A DNA stretch of 38,703 bases from Sandaracinaceae bacterium (GCA_044220955.1 JBGAQA010000063.1:1-38703); one strand, 5' to 3'. Counted from the stretch's first letter, positions 1-11,499 are shown. Made by a program: numbers and translations. The notes: a model not told the origin generated them from the sequence alone.

Positions 1-190
1 GGGACAGACTCGGAGTCTTCAGGTGGCGTGAGCCGCGTGAGCCGCCCCCTCGACGCACCGGCGGAGCCGGATGCGTCTCACCCCCGCACCGACTCGGCTC
101 GCTCGCGCTCGCCTCGCGAGGCACACCGCTCGTCGCGCACGGCCGTCCCATCGTGCCCGGAGCTGGCGTTGATCTCGGGACAGCCTCTCA
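1..190. repeat. Non-coding, hairpin-rich MITE/REP-like element end (probably truncated by the window edge)
   Basis: No credible ORF. Internal hairpin GACGCACCGG/CCGGATGCGTC and CTCGCTCGCGCTCG tracts. Ends in GATCTCGGGACAGCCTCT (reverse complement AGAGGCTGTCCCGAGATC), which looks like an IS/MITE terminal repeat, directly after the flavodoxin stop. Confidence 0.4.
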
Positions 191-199
191 GGAGAATGA

Positions 200-835
200 T
201 CAGCGGGCTGCCTGGAGCGGCGCCTGGGGACCGGCGAGCGTGTGCACGAAGCGCTCGACCTGCGAGGCGTAGCGGCCCGCCACGACGTCGTCGTGCGCCA
301 TGCCGAGCGTCGCGCGCGGCTCTCGGCCAGAGAGCGTCGCCATCTCCGTGAAGACGGCGTCGTGGCTGCTGTAGCCGTCGGTCAGGAAGAACGCGACGTT
401 CGTGGGGAGGTGCTCGCGCTCGTCCTCGAGGTACGCGCGCATGGGCGCCGACACGGAGTCGCCCCAGACCGGCGTGCCGAGCACGACGAGATCGTAGCGC
501 GAGGGATCGAGGCGTCGCGGCACGAGCGTGGTCCGTCGGTGCCCGATCGCGTCGCCGAGCGAGCGCAGCAAGCCCATCGCGCCGCGTCGTTCGACCGTGT
601 CCGCGAGCGCCTCGATGTCCGCGCCCGCGCGATCGGCGATCGCGTGCCCGAGCCGCGCCGTCGTGCCGGTGCGCGAGTAGTAGACGACGAGCACCCGCGA
701 GCCGCTCGTACGTACCTCCGTGACGGGAGCGCTCGCGCCGTCGTCGGCGACGCCGGCGACGATGGCGAACGCGGCGAACAGGCCGCCGAGGGTCGCGAAG
801 AACCAGGCCGAGCGCCGCTTCTTCCGAGCGTCCAC
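200..835 (-). CDS. Flavodoxin-like protein with N-terminal membrane anchor
   Basis: VLVVYYSRTGTT FMN phosphate loop, YDLVVLGTPVW and VAFFLT motifs; hydrophobic N-terminal helix after KKRR; GTG start. Confidence 0.85.
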   Translation of the reverse strand: MDARKKRRSAWFFATLGGLFAAFAIVAGVADDGASAPVTEVRTSGSRVLVVYYSRTGTTARLGHAIADRAGADIEALADTVERRGAMGLLRSLGDAIGHRRTTLVPRRLDPSRYDLVVLGTPVWGDSVSAPMRAYLEDEREHLPTNVAFFLTDGYSSHDAVFTEMATLSGREPRATLGMAHDDVVAGRYASQVERFVHTLAGPQAPLQAAR

Positions 836-950
836 GCGGTCCAGACGTACACGCGGCGTGCCGCCGAAAACCCGTGGATGTTCGGGGCGGCCGCTCGCGG
901 CGGGCGCAGGTTCTGCGCGCGCGGGCCGCGTCTCGCGCAGCCCGTTCGCG

Positions 951-1463
951 TCAGTCGTCCGCGGGCTGCTCCGAGGCGCCTGGCTCGAGACGCGCGACGA
1001 CCTCGATCGGGCCGACGATCGCGTCGTTCAGCGCCTCGAGCTCGTCCGCCGGCACCCAGAGCTCGGCGTGATGCCGCGCGCCGACCGTCTCGACGCGATA
1101 GCGCGCGGCGACCTCGGCACGGACGTGGAAGCGCGTGACGTACCCGGCGCCATCGTCGCGCACGTTCCAGCGCTCGGCGATCTCTCTCGCGTAGGCCTCG
1201 TTCGTCACGGGATAGAAGATGGGCTGCTCGGCGAGGCGCGGCGGCCAGCGCCGGAACCCGCTCGCGTCGAGCAGGGCGAGCTCGGCCGGTCCGGTCGGTC
1301 GATACAGCACGACGACGTCGCATCCCTCGCGCCTTTCGCGCTCGAACGGCGGCGCGGCATCGACGCGCCGGAACCCGCCGAGGTGATCGGTGAGGCGCAG
1401 CAGGTCGCGCAGCGCCTCGAGGCGCGCGAACACGATCTCGGACGTGATCTCGCGCTCAGCCAT
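951..1463 (-). CDS. Two-part protein: short N-terminal helix plus conserved ~110 aa domain (LYRPxGPxEL...PPRLxEQPIFYPV...ELWVP), possibly ADP-ribosyltransferase-like
   Basis: C-terminal motifs match a conserved small-protein family I recall being annotated 'ADP-ribosylation/crystallin J1'; overlaps the upstream nucleotidyltransferase by 8 nt. Confidence 0.65.
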   Translation of the reverse strand: MAEREITSEIVFARLEALRDLLRLTDHLGGFRRVDAAPPFERERREGCDVVVLYRPTGPAELALLDASGFRRWPPRLAEQPIFYPVTNEAYAREIAERWNVRDDGAGYVTRFHVRAEVAARYRVETVGARHHAELWVPADELEALNDAIVGPIEVVARLEPGASEQPADD

Positions 1464-1926
1464 CTTCGCCGATGCCCTCCAGCGCCTCGATGTCGGCCAG
1501 ATCCTGGATCCGTCCGGCGAGGCGCTTCATCGCGACGAGACCGGCGACGGACACGACCGTCAGCCGAGTGCCCGCCCGCTCGAACCGCTGGCGGCCGGAC
1601 CACACCTGCCCGAACGCGGGCTCGACCAGGATCAGGTCCACGGTCACGAGCTCGGCGCCGATCGCCTTCGAGACACGCTGGATGTGGCGCTCGGCCGGCG
1701 TCCCGGCGCCGAACGTCATCGGCTGCGCCCGGAGGCCGAAGCCCAGGCGGCTCAGCGCGGTGATCGCGGCATCGCGCGCAGCGGTCGGGAGCAGGAGGTC
1801 GATGTCCTTCGTGGCGCGCACGTGGCCGTGGACCGCGACCGCGAGCCCGCCGCAGAGCGCGAACTCGACACCTTCGCGGTCGAAGAGGCGCGCGATGCCC
1901 TCGAGCTCGGCGACGAGATCGGCCAT
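1456..1926 (-). CDS. Pol-beta-like nucleotidyltransferase (AbiEii/DUF6036-like)
   Basis: FALCGGLAVAVHGHVRATKDIDLL (GG...DxD) and C-terminal MKRLAGRIQDLADIEAL motif. Confidence 0.85.
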   Translation of the reverse strand: MADLVAELEGIARLFDREGVEFALCGGLAVAVHGHVRATKDIDLLLPTAARDAAITALSRLGFGLRAQPMTFGAGTPAERHIQRVSKAIGAELVTVDLILVEPAFGQVWSGRQRFERAGTRLTVVSVAGLVAMKRLAGRIQDLADIEALEGIGEDG

Positions 1927-1996
1927 CGACGCTCACGCTAGCACGGCGTCTCTCGCTTGCGGCGCGGGCTCGCCCGCACCACAACCGGCGGCTCGC

Positions 1997-3472
1997 ATGG
2001 ACGAAGAGGACATCCACAAGACGATCGCGCTGCTCGAGGCGATGGTCGAGGACCGCACCAAGATGGCGGACATCCCGCGCGAGGAGCGGCGCCGGCTGCT
2101 CATCGCGGCCGGGCGCCTCTCGCGGCCCGAGCGCGGCGAGCTACGCAAGCTCCGCAAGGCGATCCGCAAGAACGAGAACCGGAAGGAGCGCCAGGCGGTG
2201 CAGGCCGTGCTCGACCGGACGGGCATCCGGAGGGCGCGCAAGGTGCCCTTCTTCGTGACGCCGCCCCAGCTCGGGGCCGGAGAGAGCGCGGCCGCGGGCG
2301 AGGCGCCGCCCGTCGGCGCGGTGGGCGAAGACCGCAAGTGCTACGTGTGCAAGCGCCCCTTCCGCGAGGTGCACCACTTCTACGATCAGATGTGCGCCAC
2401 GTGCGCGGCGCTGAACTGGGATCGGCGCAACGCCACGGCCGACCTGCGCGGGCGCGTGGCGATCGTGACCGGCTCGCGCGTGAAGATCGGCTACCACGCG
2501 GCCATCAAGCTCTTGCGCGCGGGCGCGCGCGTGATCGCGACGACGCGCTTCCCGCGCGACTCGGCCGCCCGCTACGCGCGCGAGGCCGACTTCGCGGAGT
2601 GGAAGGACCGGCTCACCGTCGTCGGCCTCGATCTGCGCCACACGCCGAGCGTCGAGGCGTTCTGCGCCGAGCTCGATCGCACGCTCGACCGCCTGGACTT
2701 CATCCTGAACAACGCGTGCCAGACGGTGCGCCGGCCGCCGGGGTTCTACCGGCACCTCGTGGACGCCGAGCTCGCGCCGCCGCCGAGGGAGCTCGCGTCG
2801 CTCTTGGCGCTGAACGACCAGCTGCACGCCTCGAGCGCGCTCGCCCGGCGCGAGCAGTCCGCGTCCATGGCCGACCCGGTCGCGCTCTCGCAGGTTGCGC
2901 TCCTCCCGGAAGAGCTGCGCGAGGACCTCACGCTCTTTCCGGCGGGCAAGCTCGACGCCGACATGCAGCAGGTCGATCTGCGCGGCCGCAACAGCTGGCG
3001 CCTGCTCCTGCACGAGGTCTCGACCGTCGAGCTCCTCGAGGTGCAGCTCGTCAACGCCGTCGCGCCCTACGTGCTCAACGGGCGCCTGCGCGCGCTGATG
3101 AAGCGCGTCCCGACGGACGACAAGCACATCGTGAACGTGTCCGCGATGGAGGGGCAGTTCTACCGGGCGTTCAAGACCGACAAGCACCCGCACACGAACA
3201 TGGCCAAGGCCGCGCTCAACATGATGACGCGCACCGCTGCCGCCGACTACGTGCGCGACGGCATCCACATGAACAGCGTCGACACCGGCTGGATCACCGA
3301 CGAGGATCCGCTCGAGATCTCGGCGCGCAAGGTCGAGGAGCACGGCTTCTCCCCGCCGCTCGACGTCGTCGACGGCGCGGCGCGCATCGTCGATCCGATC
3401 TTCGACGGCTTCCGCACCGGCGAGCACAAGTTCGGGCTCTTCCTGAAGGACTACGTCGCGGTGCCCTGGTGA
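1997..3472 (+). CDS. SDR-family oxidoreductase with N-terminal CxxC...CxxC zinc finger
   Basis: CYVC...MCATC; VAIVTGSRVKIG Rossmann loop; LNNA; IVNVSAMEG; HPHTNMAKAALNMMTRT; start placed at ATG 1997. Confidence 0.85.
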   Translation: MDEEDIHKTIALLEAMVEDRTKMADIPREERRRLLIAAGRLSRPERGELRKLRKAIRKNENRKERQAVQAVLDRTGIRRARKVPFFVTPPQLGAGESAAAGEAPPVGAVGEDRKCYVCKRPFREVHHFYDQMCATCAALNWDRRNATADLRGRVAIVTGSRVKIGYHAAIKLLRAGARVIATTRFPRDSAARYAREADFAEWKDRLTVVGLDLRHTPSVEAFCAELDRTLDRLDFILNNACQTVRRPPGFYRHLVDAELAPPPRELASLLALNDQLHASSALARREQSASMADPVALSQVALLPEELREDLTLFPAGKLDADMQQVDLRGRNSWRLLLHEVSTVELLEVQLVNAVAPYVLNGRLRALMKRVPTDDKHIVNVSAMEGQFYRAFKTDKHPHTNMAKAALNMMTRTAAADYVRDGIHMNSVDTGWITDEDPLEISARKVEEHGFSPPLDVVDGAARIVDPIFDGFRTGEHKFGLFLKDYVAVPW

Positions 3473-4068
3473 GGGTACTCGGCGTGCTCGGGCTCGTCCT
3501 CGTCGCCGGCTGCGCGATGCCGCCGGCCGAGGGGGTCGACGCGGCCGCTCGCGACGCGGGCCGCCTGGACGCGGGCGCCGCGGACGCATCCGTCTCCGCT
3601 GACGGCGGCGGCGCCGAGACGGGCGATGCGTTCGTCCTGCCGGACGCGTTCGCGCCGTCGGACGCGTTCGTCCTGCCGGACGCGTTCGCGCCGTCGGACG
3701 CGTTCGTCCTGCCGGACGCGTTCGCGCCGTCGGACGCGTTCGTCCTGCCGGACGCGTTCGTGGCTGGCGACGCGGGCCCGGTCACGCACTGCGTCGACAT
3801 CGACGTCTCGAACACGTGCGTGATGAGGGTCAGTCCGACCTCGGTGACCATCCCGCACGGCGAGGTCGCGTACTTCTGCTGGCGCAACCGCTCGCGCGAC
3901 TACGCGGTCGACGTGTGGCTCAGCTACGGGGGTGGCTACACGGATCTCGCGACGGGCGCGACCTGGAACGAGCCCGTGCGCCACTGTCTCGGTCCGAGCG
4001 CGCACGACGAGTACGCCGACGTGTCGACCGCCTGCTCGAGCTTCCGCTTCCTCATCCACTGCCTCTGA
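3469..4068 (+). CDS. Putative lipoprotein with DAG/DAF-rich stalk and Cys-containing C-terminal beta domain
   Basis: GTG overlaps the SDR stop (GTGA); signal peptide and lipobox VAGC; repeats followed by a Cys-containing domain. Confidence 0.75.
   Translation: MRVLGVLGLVLVAGCAMPPAEGVDAAARDAGRLDAGAADASVSADGGGAETGDAFVLPDAFAPSDAFVLPDAFAPSDAFVLPDAFAPSDAFVLPDAFVAGDAGPVTHCVDIDVSNTCVMRVSPTSVTIPHGEVAYFCWRNRSRDYAVDVWLSYGGGYTDLATGATWNEPVRHCLGPSAHDEYADVSTACSSFRFLIHCL
3625..3760 (+). repeat. 36-nt coding tandem repeat, about 3.8 copies (DAFVLPDAFAPS)
   Basis: Unit GACGCGTTCGTCCTGCCGGACGCGTTCGCGCCGTCG at 3625 (one C/T variant), 3661, 3697 and a partial copy at 3733. Confidence 0.95.
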
Positions 4069-4104
4069 CGAGCGCTCGAGTCGTCGCGCGGTCCCCGCGG
4101 CGGC

Positions 4105-6867
<2,763 letters not shown>

Positions 6868-7069
6868 GACATTGCTCCTCGATGGTGCCTCGCGTCAGAG
6901 CGTTCGATCAACGACATCTTGGGGACGAAACCCGAAATAGGTGGGCGCAGGTCGTACGAATCGTGGTCTTCCGGCCGCGGGCTGTGAGCCCCAGGGTGAT
7001 TCGCCAAGCTACGAAGAAGGGGGCGGTCGAAGCTGGGAACATGCGAACCTCGGCCGTGACGAACGAGCG

Positions 7070-8500
7070 ATGACGAAGCCGCGCTGGTTCGAGATCGCCG
7101 ACGAGGGGTGGGCGCGCGTCGCGTCGTCGCGCCCGATCGAGCGGCTGATCCTCGAGGCCGTGCAGAACGCGCTCGACGCGGGGGCGGGCAACGTCTCGGT
7201 GGAGATCGGACCCGATCGCGTGCTCGTCGAGGACGACGCGGCGCGCGGCATCGCCGACCCGCGCCTCGTCTACACGCTCTTCCTCACCGACAAAGCCGGC
7301 GACCCCACGCGGCGCGGGCGCATGGGCCGGGGCCTCAAGGAGCTCGTGGCGAGCGGCGAGCGCGCGGTCGTCGAGAGTGCGGGCGCGCGCGTCGAGTTCG
7401 ACGAGCGCGGGCGCCGGGTCACGGAGTCCGGGCGCGAGCGTGGCACACGCGTCGAGGTGTTCCGCGCGCTGACCGAGAGCGAGCGCGAGCAGGCCGAGAC
7501 GGCGCTGCGCCTCGTGATCCCACCGCGCGGTGTCTCGGTCCGCGTCGACGGCAAGCTCGTGCGCCGGCCACGCACGGTCATCGCGCTGCCCGGCTGCGAG
7601 CTCGAGACGGTGATCGTCGAGGCCGGCGTCGAGCGCGCGGCGATGCGCAGCACGCTCATCTCGGTGCACTCGCCGCGCCGGGGCGAGCAGCCGCACCTCT
7701 TCGAGATGGGGATCCCGATCGCGCCCTGGAACGTGCCCTGGCACTGCGACGTGCAGCAGCGCGTCCCGCTCTCCCAGGGCCGGGATCTGCTGCCCGAGCG
7801 CTTCGTGCTCGCGGTGAAGGCGACGCTGCTCGAGGCGACGATGCACCGGCAGCTCGGTCCTCGCGAGCTCCGCGCCGACTGGGTGCAGGACGTGCTGGCG
7901 CGCTGGCCGCTGCGGAGCGCGATCCTCGACGCGTACTGCTCCAAGGTGCTGCCGCGCGGCTCGGTGCTCGGGGGCAGCGTGCGCGCCAACGATCGCGCGC
8001 GGCAGCTCGGCGCGCACATCGTGCAAGCGGTGGCGATGTCGCAGGGCACCTACCTGGCGCTCGGCCGCGTGCTCGAGACGGCCGACGACTACGTGCGCCG
8101 CCGCTCGCGCGAGTTCGTCGGCGAGGACGTCGAGCCCGACGAGACCCAACGAGCGTTCGCCGACGCAGTGCGCTGGCTGGCGCGGCGTATCGCGGGGAGC
8201 GTCGTGCGCGTGCGCTTCTTCGCGCGGGACCCGAGCGACGCCGGCTTGCTCGAGGACGCGACGACCGACGTCGAGGCGCGCCTGATCTCGTTCAACGTGA
8301 AGAGCACGCTGCGCTGGGACGATCCGCTCGATCCGGCGACGATGGGCGTCGTCCTGCACGAGCTCGCGCACCTCGTCACGCTCGAGCACGACCACCGCTT
8401 CATCGATCGACTGCAGTTCCTCGGCGGCGCCGTCGCGAAGCTGCTGGCCGAGAACGCGGGCCTGGGCGCGAAGCTGCGCCGCGGCGATCCGGACCGCTGA
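7070..8500 (+). CDS. GHKL (HATPase) ATPase fused to a C-terminal HExxH zinc metallopeptidase-like domain
   Basis: EAVQNALDAGA (N-box), VEDDAARGI (G1 variant), GRMGRGLK (G2), RGTRVEV; C-terminal VLHELAHLVTLEHDHRF. Confidence 0.8.
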   Translation: MTKPRWFEIADEGWARVASSRPIERLILEAVQNALDAGAGNVSVEIGPDRVLVEDDAARGIADPRLVYTLFLTDKAGDPTRRGRMGRGLKELVASGERAVVESAGARVEFDERGRRVTESGRERGTRVEVFRALTESEREQAETALRLVIPPRGVSVRVDGKLVRRPRTVIALPGCELETVIVEAGVERAAMRSTLISVHSPRRGEQPHLFEMGIPIAPWNVPWHCDVQQRVPLSQGRDLLPERFVLAVKATLLEATMHRQLGPRELRADWVQDVLARWPLRSAILDAYCSKVLPRGSVLGGSVRANDRARQLGAHIVQAVAMSQGTYLALGRVLETADDYVRRRSREFVGEDVEPDETQRAFADAVRWLARRIAGSVVRVRFFARDPSDAGLLEDATTDVEARLISFNVKSTLRWDDPLDPATMGVVLHELAHLVTLEHDHRFIDRLQFLGGAVAKLLAENAGLGAKLRRGDPDR

Positions 8501-8548
8501 GCCGCGCTCCCTGGAACGGGCCGGCGGGGTGGACTAAGCTGCTTGGCC

Positions 8549-8824
8549 ATGGGCGCCGTCAAGCGAATCACCGTCCACGAGGCCAAGACGCACCTCTCGA
8601 AGCTCATCGACCGCGCGCTCGCGGGCGAGGAGGTCGTGATCTCGCGCGGACACGAGCCGGTCGTACGGCTCGTGCCGTTCGCCGCGCCCAAGCCGGAACG
8701 GAAATTCGGCGCCTACGCGGGGCAGATGCGCGTGACCGACGCGTTCTTCGAGCCCCTCCCCGAGGACGAGCTCGCGCTGTGGGAGGGGAAGAGCCGGCGC
8801 GGGCGTCGTACCTGGGGTCGATGA
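8549..8824 (+). CDS. Phd/YefM-family antitoxin
   Basis: ITVHEAKTHLSKLIDRALAGEEVVISRG..PVVRLVP signature; ATGA overlap with the downstream PIN gene. Confidence 0.92.
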   Translation: MGAVKRITVHEAKTHLSKLIDRALAGEEVVISRGHEPVVRLVPFAAPKPERKFGAYAGQMRVTDAFFEPLPEDELALWEGKSRRGRRTWGR

Positions 8825-9207
8825 GGCTGCTGCTCGACACGCACGCGGTCCTCTGGTGGTTCGCGGGCGATCGCCGCCTCTCGGGTGCGGCACGCCGCGC
8901 GATCGGAGCTGCGTCGTCCGAAGTCCTGGTGAGCTGCGTGACGGGCTGGGAGATCACGACCAAGTACCGCATCGGCAAGCTGCCGGAAGCCGCGGTGATC
9001 GCGGCCGACGTCGAGGCGGCCGTTCGCGGGCAAGGCTTCGCTCCGCTCGATCTCTCGATGCGTCACGCCGAGCATGCCGGTCGAATGCCCGGCAAGCGCC
9101 GGGATCCCTTCGATCGCATGCTCGCGGCGCAGGCGATCCTCGAGAACCTCCTGCTCGTCACGAACGACCCCGCGTTCGAGCCGCTCGGCGTCTCGTGTCT
9201 GTGGTGA
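8821..9207 (+). CDS. vapC: VapC-family PIN-domain toxin
   Basis: MRLLLDTHAVLWW, WEI, RDPFDRMLAAQA, LVTND PIN motifs. Confidence 0.92.
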   Translation: MRLLLDTHAVLWWFAGDRRLSGAARRAIGAASSEVLVSCVTGWEITTKYRIGKLPEAAVIAADVEAAVRGQGFAPLDLSMRHAEHAGRMPGKRRDPFDRMLAAQAILENLLLVTNDPAFEPLGVSCLW

Positions 9208-9470
9208 GCCGCGACGGGAAGCTGCGCCGAGGCACGCCCGATCGCCGAGGCTCGGCCGGCGCACCGCTCCCGGGTTCGCCCCGGTCGTGCTCACGAAGAA
9301 GGTCGGCGGCCGCACCCCGCTCGTGCGCGTCGGGTGGAGCGCCGGCGTGACCCGCGCGCGCGAGGTCTGCGCGCTGCTCACGCGCCACCTCGCTGCCCGC
9401 GGCTGAAGGCCGAGCCGCACATCACGCTCAGTCCGCAGGGCGCCGTGCGCATGCGCGTCTTCCGCCGCTG

Positions 9471-9500
9471 AAGAGTCGTCCCGAGATCGGAACGACTCTT
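9471..9500. repeat. Near-perfect 14-bp inverted repeat (hairpin, possible collapsed MITE or terminator)
   Basis: AAGAGTCGTCCCGA-GA-TCGGAACGACTCTT (one mismatch), followed by a T. Confidence 0.6.
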
Positions 9501-9526
9501 TCCCGCGCAGCGATACGAGGGGGAGG

Positions 9527-9553
9527 CTCCACTCCGATTCACTCGGAGTGGAG
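9527..9553. repeat. Perfect 11-bp stem hairpin
   Basis: CTCCACTCCGA-TTCAC-TCGGAGTGGAG, flanked by complementary CGATACG (9511) and CGTATCG (9561). Confidence 0.7.
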
Positions 9554-9605
9554 GGGGCCGCGTATCGGCCCCGACAAACGGAGCGGGGCAGACTACGCTG
9601 GCGTC

Positions 9606-10034
9606 ATGCTGCGCACGGCGCCCATCCTCGTCGCGCTCGCGTGCGGCTGCGCGCAGGTGCACGAGCGCGGCGCGCCGGAGCGCGACGGGGGCCCCGAGCG
9701 CGATGCGCCGGACGCCGCCGAAGGGCCGATGTGCAGCCTCGCGGGCTCGTTCTCGATGACGTACGAGCTCGGCACCTTCTTCCTGACGGTCCACGACGAC
9801 GGAACGTGGAACCTATCGTCGTCGAACGAGGGGGAGCTCGCGTTCGGTGGCTACGTCGTCACCGGTGCGAGCGTGGCATTCACCTGCCTCGGAGTGGCCT
9901 CGCGGTGCGTCGACTGCATGGGCACCTACGATCTCAGCGTTCGCTGCGACGGTCTCCACCTCCGCAACACGAGCATCTCCGGATGCCCCGGCTGGCCCGT
10001 TCCGCAGGGGAGCTACGTCCGCACGGGCCCGTGA
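9606..10034 (+). CDS. Putative Cys-rich lipoprotein
   Basis: Signal peptide MLRTAPILVALACGC with lipobox; small beta-rich domain with several Cys. Confidence 0.65.
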   Translation: MLRTAPILVALACGCAQVHERGAPERDGGPERDAPDAAEGPMCSLAGSFSMTYELGTFFLTVHDDGTWNLSSSNEGELAFGGYVVTGASVAFTCLGVASRCVDCMGTYDLSVRCDGLHLRNTSISGCPGWPVPQGSYVRTGP

Positions 10035-11356
10035 GCATCGTGCACGACGCGCGTGTGACCGGTCCCGAGAAGCCGAAGCTGAGGCTCGCGAGCACGAGCG
10101 CGCTCGTCGTCGCGAGCATGATCGGCACGGGCGTCTACACGACGAGCGGGCTCATGCTGCAGGAGGGCCGCACGCCGATGGGCGTGCTCGCGGTGTGGGC
10201 CGTCGCGGGCCTGCTCTCGCTCGCGGGCGCGCTCTCGTACGCGGAGCTCACGTCCATCTTCCCGGAGAGCGGCGGCGAGTACGCGCTCCTCTCTCGCGTC
10301 TTTCATCCCTCGATCGGGTTCGTGGCGGGCTTCGCGACGATCGTCCTCGGGTTCGCGGCGCCGATCGCGGCCTGCGGCATCGCGTTCGCGCGCTATGGCG
10401 GCGCGGCGCTCGGACTCTCGCCCAGGGAGCTCGCGTGGGCCGAGCAGCCGGTCGCGCTCGTCGTGGTCGCGCTCGTCTCGCTCGTGCACGCGCGCGAGCA
10501 CGAGAGCACCGTCCGCGCCCAGGATCTGCTGACGCTCGGCAAGCTCCTCCTCGCCGCGCTCTTCGTCGTGGCGGGCGTGCTCTCGCCCGCGCTCGCGCCC
10601 GCACACCTCGCGGCTCCGTCGATGCACCTCGGCGAGCTGGCCGAGCCCTCGTTCGCGTTCGGGATCGTGCTCGTCTCGTTCGCCTACAGCGGGTGGAACG
10701 CCGCGGCTTACGTCGGGGGCGAGATCGAGGCGCCCGCACGCACGCTGCCGCGTGCGCTCGGCCTCGGCACGCTCGTCGTCACGCTCCTCTACCTGGCGCT
10801 CAACGCGCTCTTCCTCGCGGCCGCTCCGCGCGAGGAGCTCTCGGTGGTCGAGATCGCGCACGTCGCCGCGACGCACTTGTTCGGGCCCGTCGCCGGCCGC
10901 GTGCTCTCCGCCGTGATCGCGTTCGGGCTGCTCTCGACGATCGGCGCGTTCGTGCTCACCGGCACGCGCGTCTACGCCGCGATGGGGCGCGATCACCGGG
11001 TGCTCGCCCGCGTCGCGCCGCACCGCGTGGCGCTCATGGTCCAGGCAGCGCTCGCGTTCGTGATGGTGGCGACCTCGAGCTTCGACGTGCTCCTCGGGTC
11101 GGTGGGCGTGACGCTCTCGCTCTCGTCGGCGCTCACGGTGGCGGGCGTCCTCGTCGTCCGCTGGCGCGGAGCGCCGCCGCACGCCTACCGCACGCCGGGC
11201 TACCCGCTCACCCCGATCGCCTTCGTCCTGCTCTCGCTCGGGACGATCGTGGCCGCGATCGCCTACGACCCGCACGTCGCCATCTGGGGGAGCCTCTCGA
11301 TCGTGGTCGGGCTGGGCCTCTATGCGGTCGCCCGGCAGTCCCCACCTCGGCAGTGA
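10031..11356 (+). CDS. APC-family amino acid permease
   Basis: MIGTGVYTT, SYAELTSIFPESGGEY, FAYSGWNAA..VGGEI..P motifs; about 12 TM helices; exact start uncertain (10031 or 10055). Confidence 0.9.
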   Translation: MSIVHDARVTGPEKPKLRLASTSALVVASMIGTGVYTTSGLMLQEGRTPMGVLAVWAVAGLLSLAGALSYAELTSIFPESGGEYALLSRVFHPSIGFVAGFATIVLGFAAPIAACGIAFARYGGAALGLSPRELAWAEQPVALVVVALVSLVHAREHESTVRAQDLLTLGKLLLAALFVVAGVLSPALAPAHLAAPSMHLGELAEPSFAFGIVLVSFAYSGWNAAAYVGGEIEAPARTLPRALGLGTLVVTLLYLALNALFLAAAPREELSVVEIAHVAATHLFGPVAGRVLSAVIAFGLLSTIGAFVLTGTRVYAAMGRDHRVLARVAPHRVALMVQAALAFVMVATSSFDVLLGSVGVTLSLSSALTVAGVLVVRWRGAPPHAYRTPGYPLTPIAFVLLSLGTIVAAIAYDPHVAIWGSLSIVVGLGLYAVARQSPPRQ

Positions 11357-11470
11357 CCGCGCCAGCGTGGCGCGCGATCGTGGGGCCTCTTGACCAGAGC
11401 ACGCGTCCGCGGGGACCGGTCGCGCGAGGGATCAGGCCTGAATTCGACCTTGCGGTCCCCACCTCCGTTT

Positions 11471-11486
11471 TGGCACGCTCGTCGCA
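11471..11486 (+). promoter_or_regulatory. Sigma54-type (-24/-12) promoter upstream of the Tad operon
   Basis: TGGCACG-CTCG-TCGCA with exact GG-N10-GC spacing. Confidence 0.6.
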
Positions 11487-11499
11487 GACGGAGGCCCGC

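Noticed and set aside
1472..1996. Extended N-terminus of the SDR ORF
   Set aside because: Antisense to the nucleotidyltransferase; protein-like sequence begins at ATG 1997.
3625..3760. 36-nt repeats of CRISPR-like length
   Set aside because: Units are head-to-tail with no spacers, in frame within a lipoprotein, and there are no cas genes.
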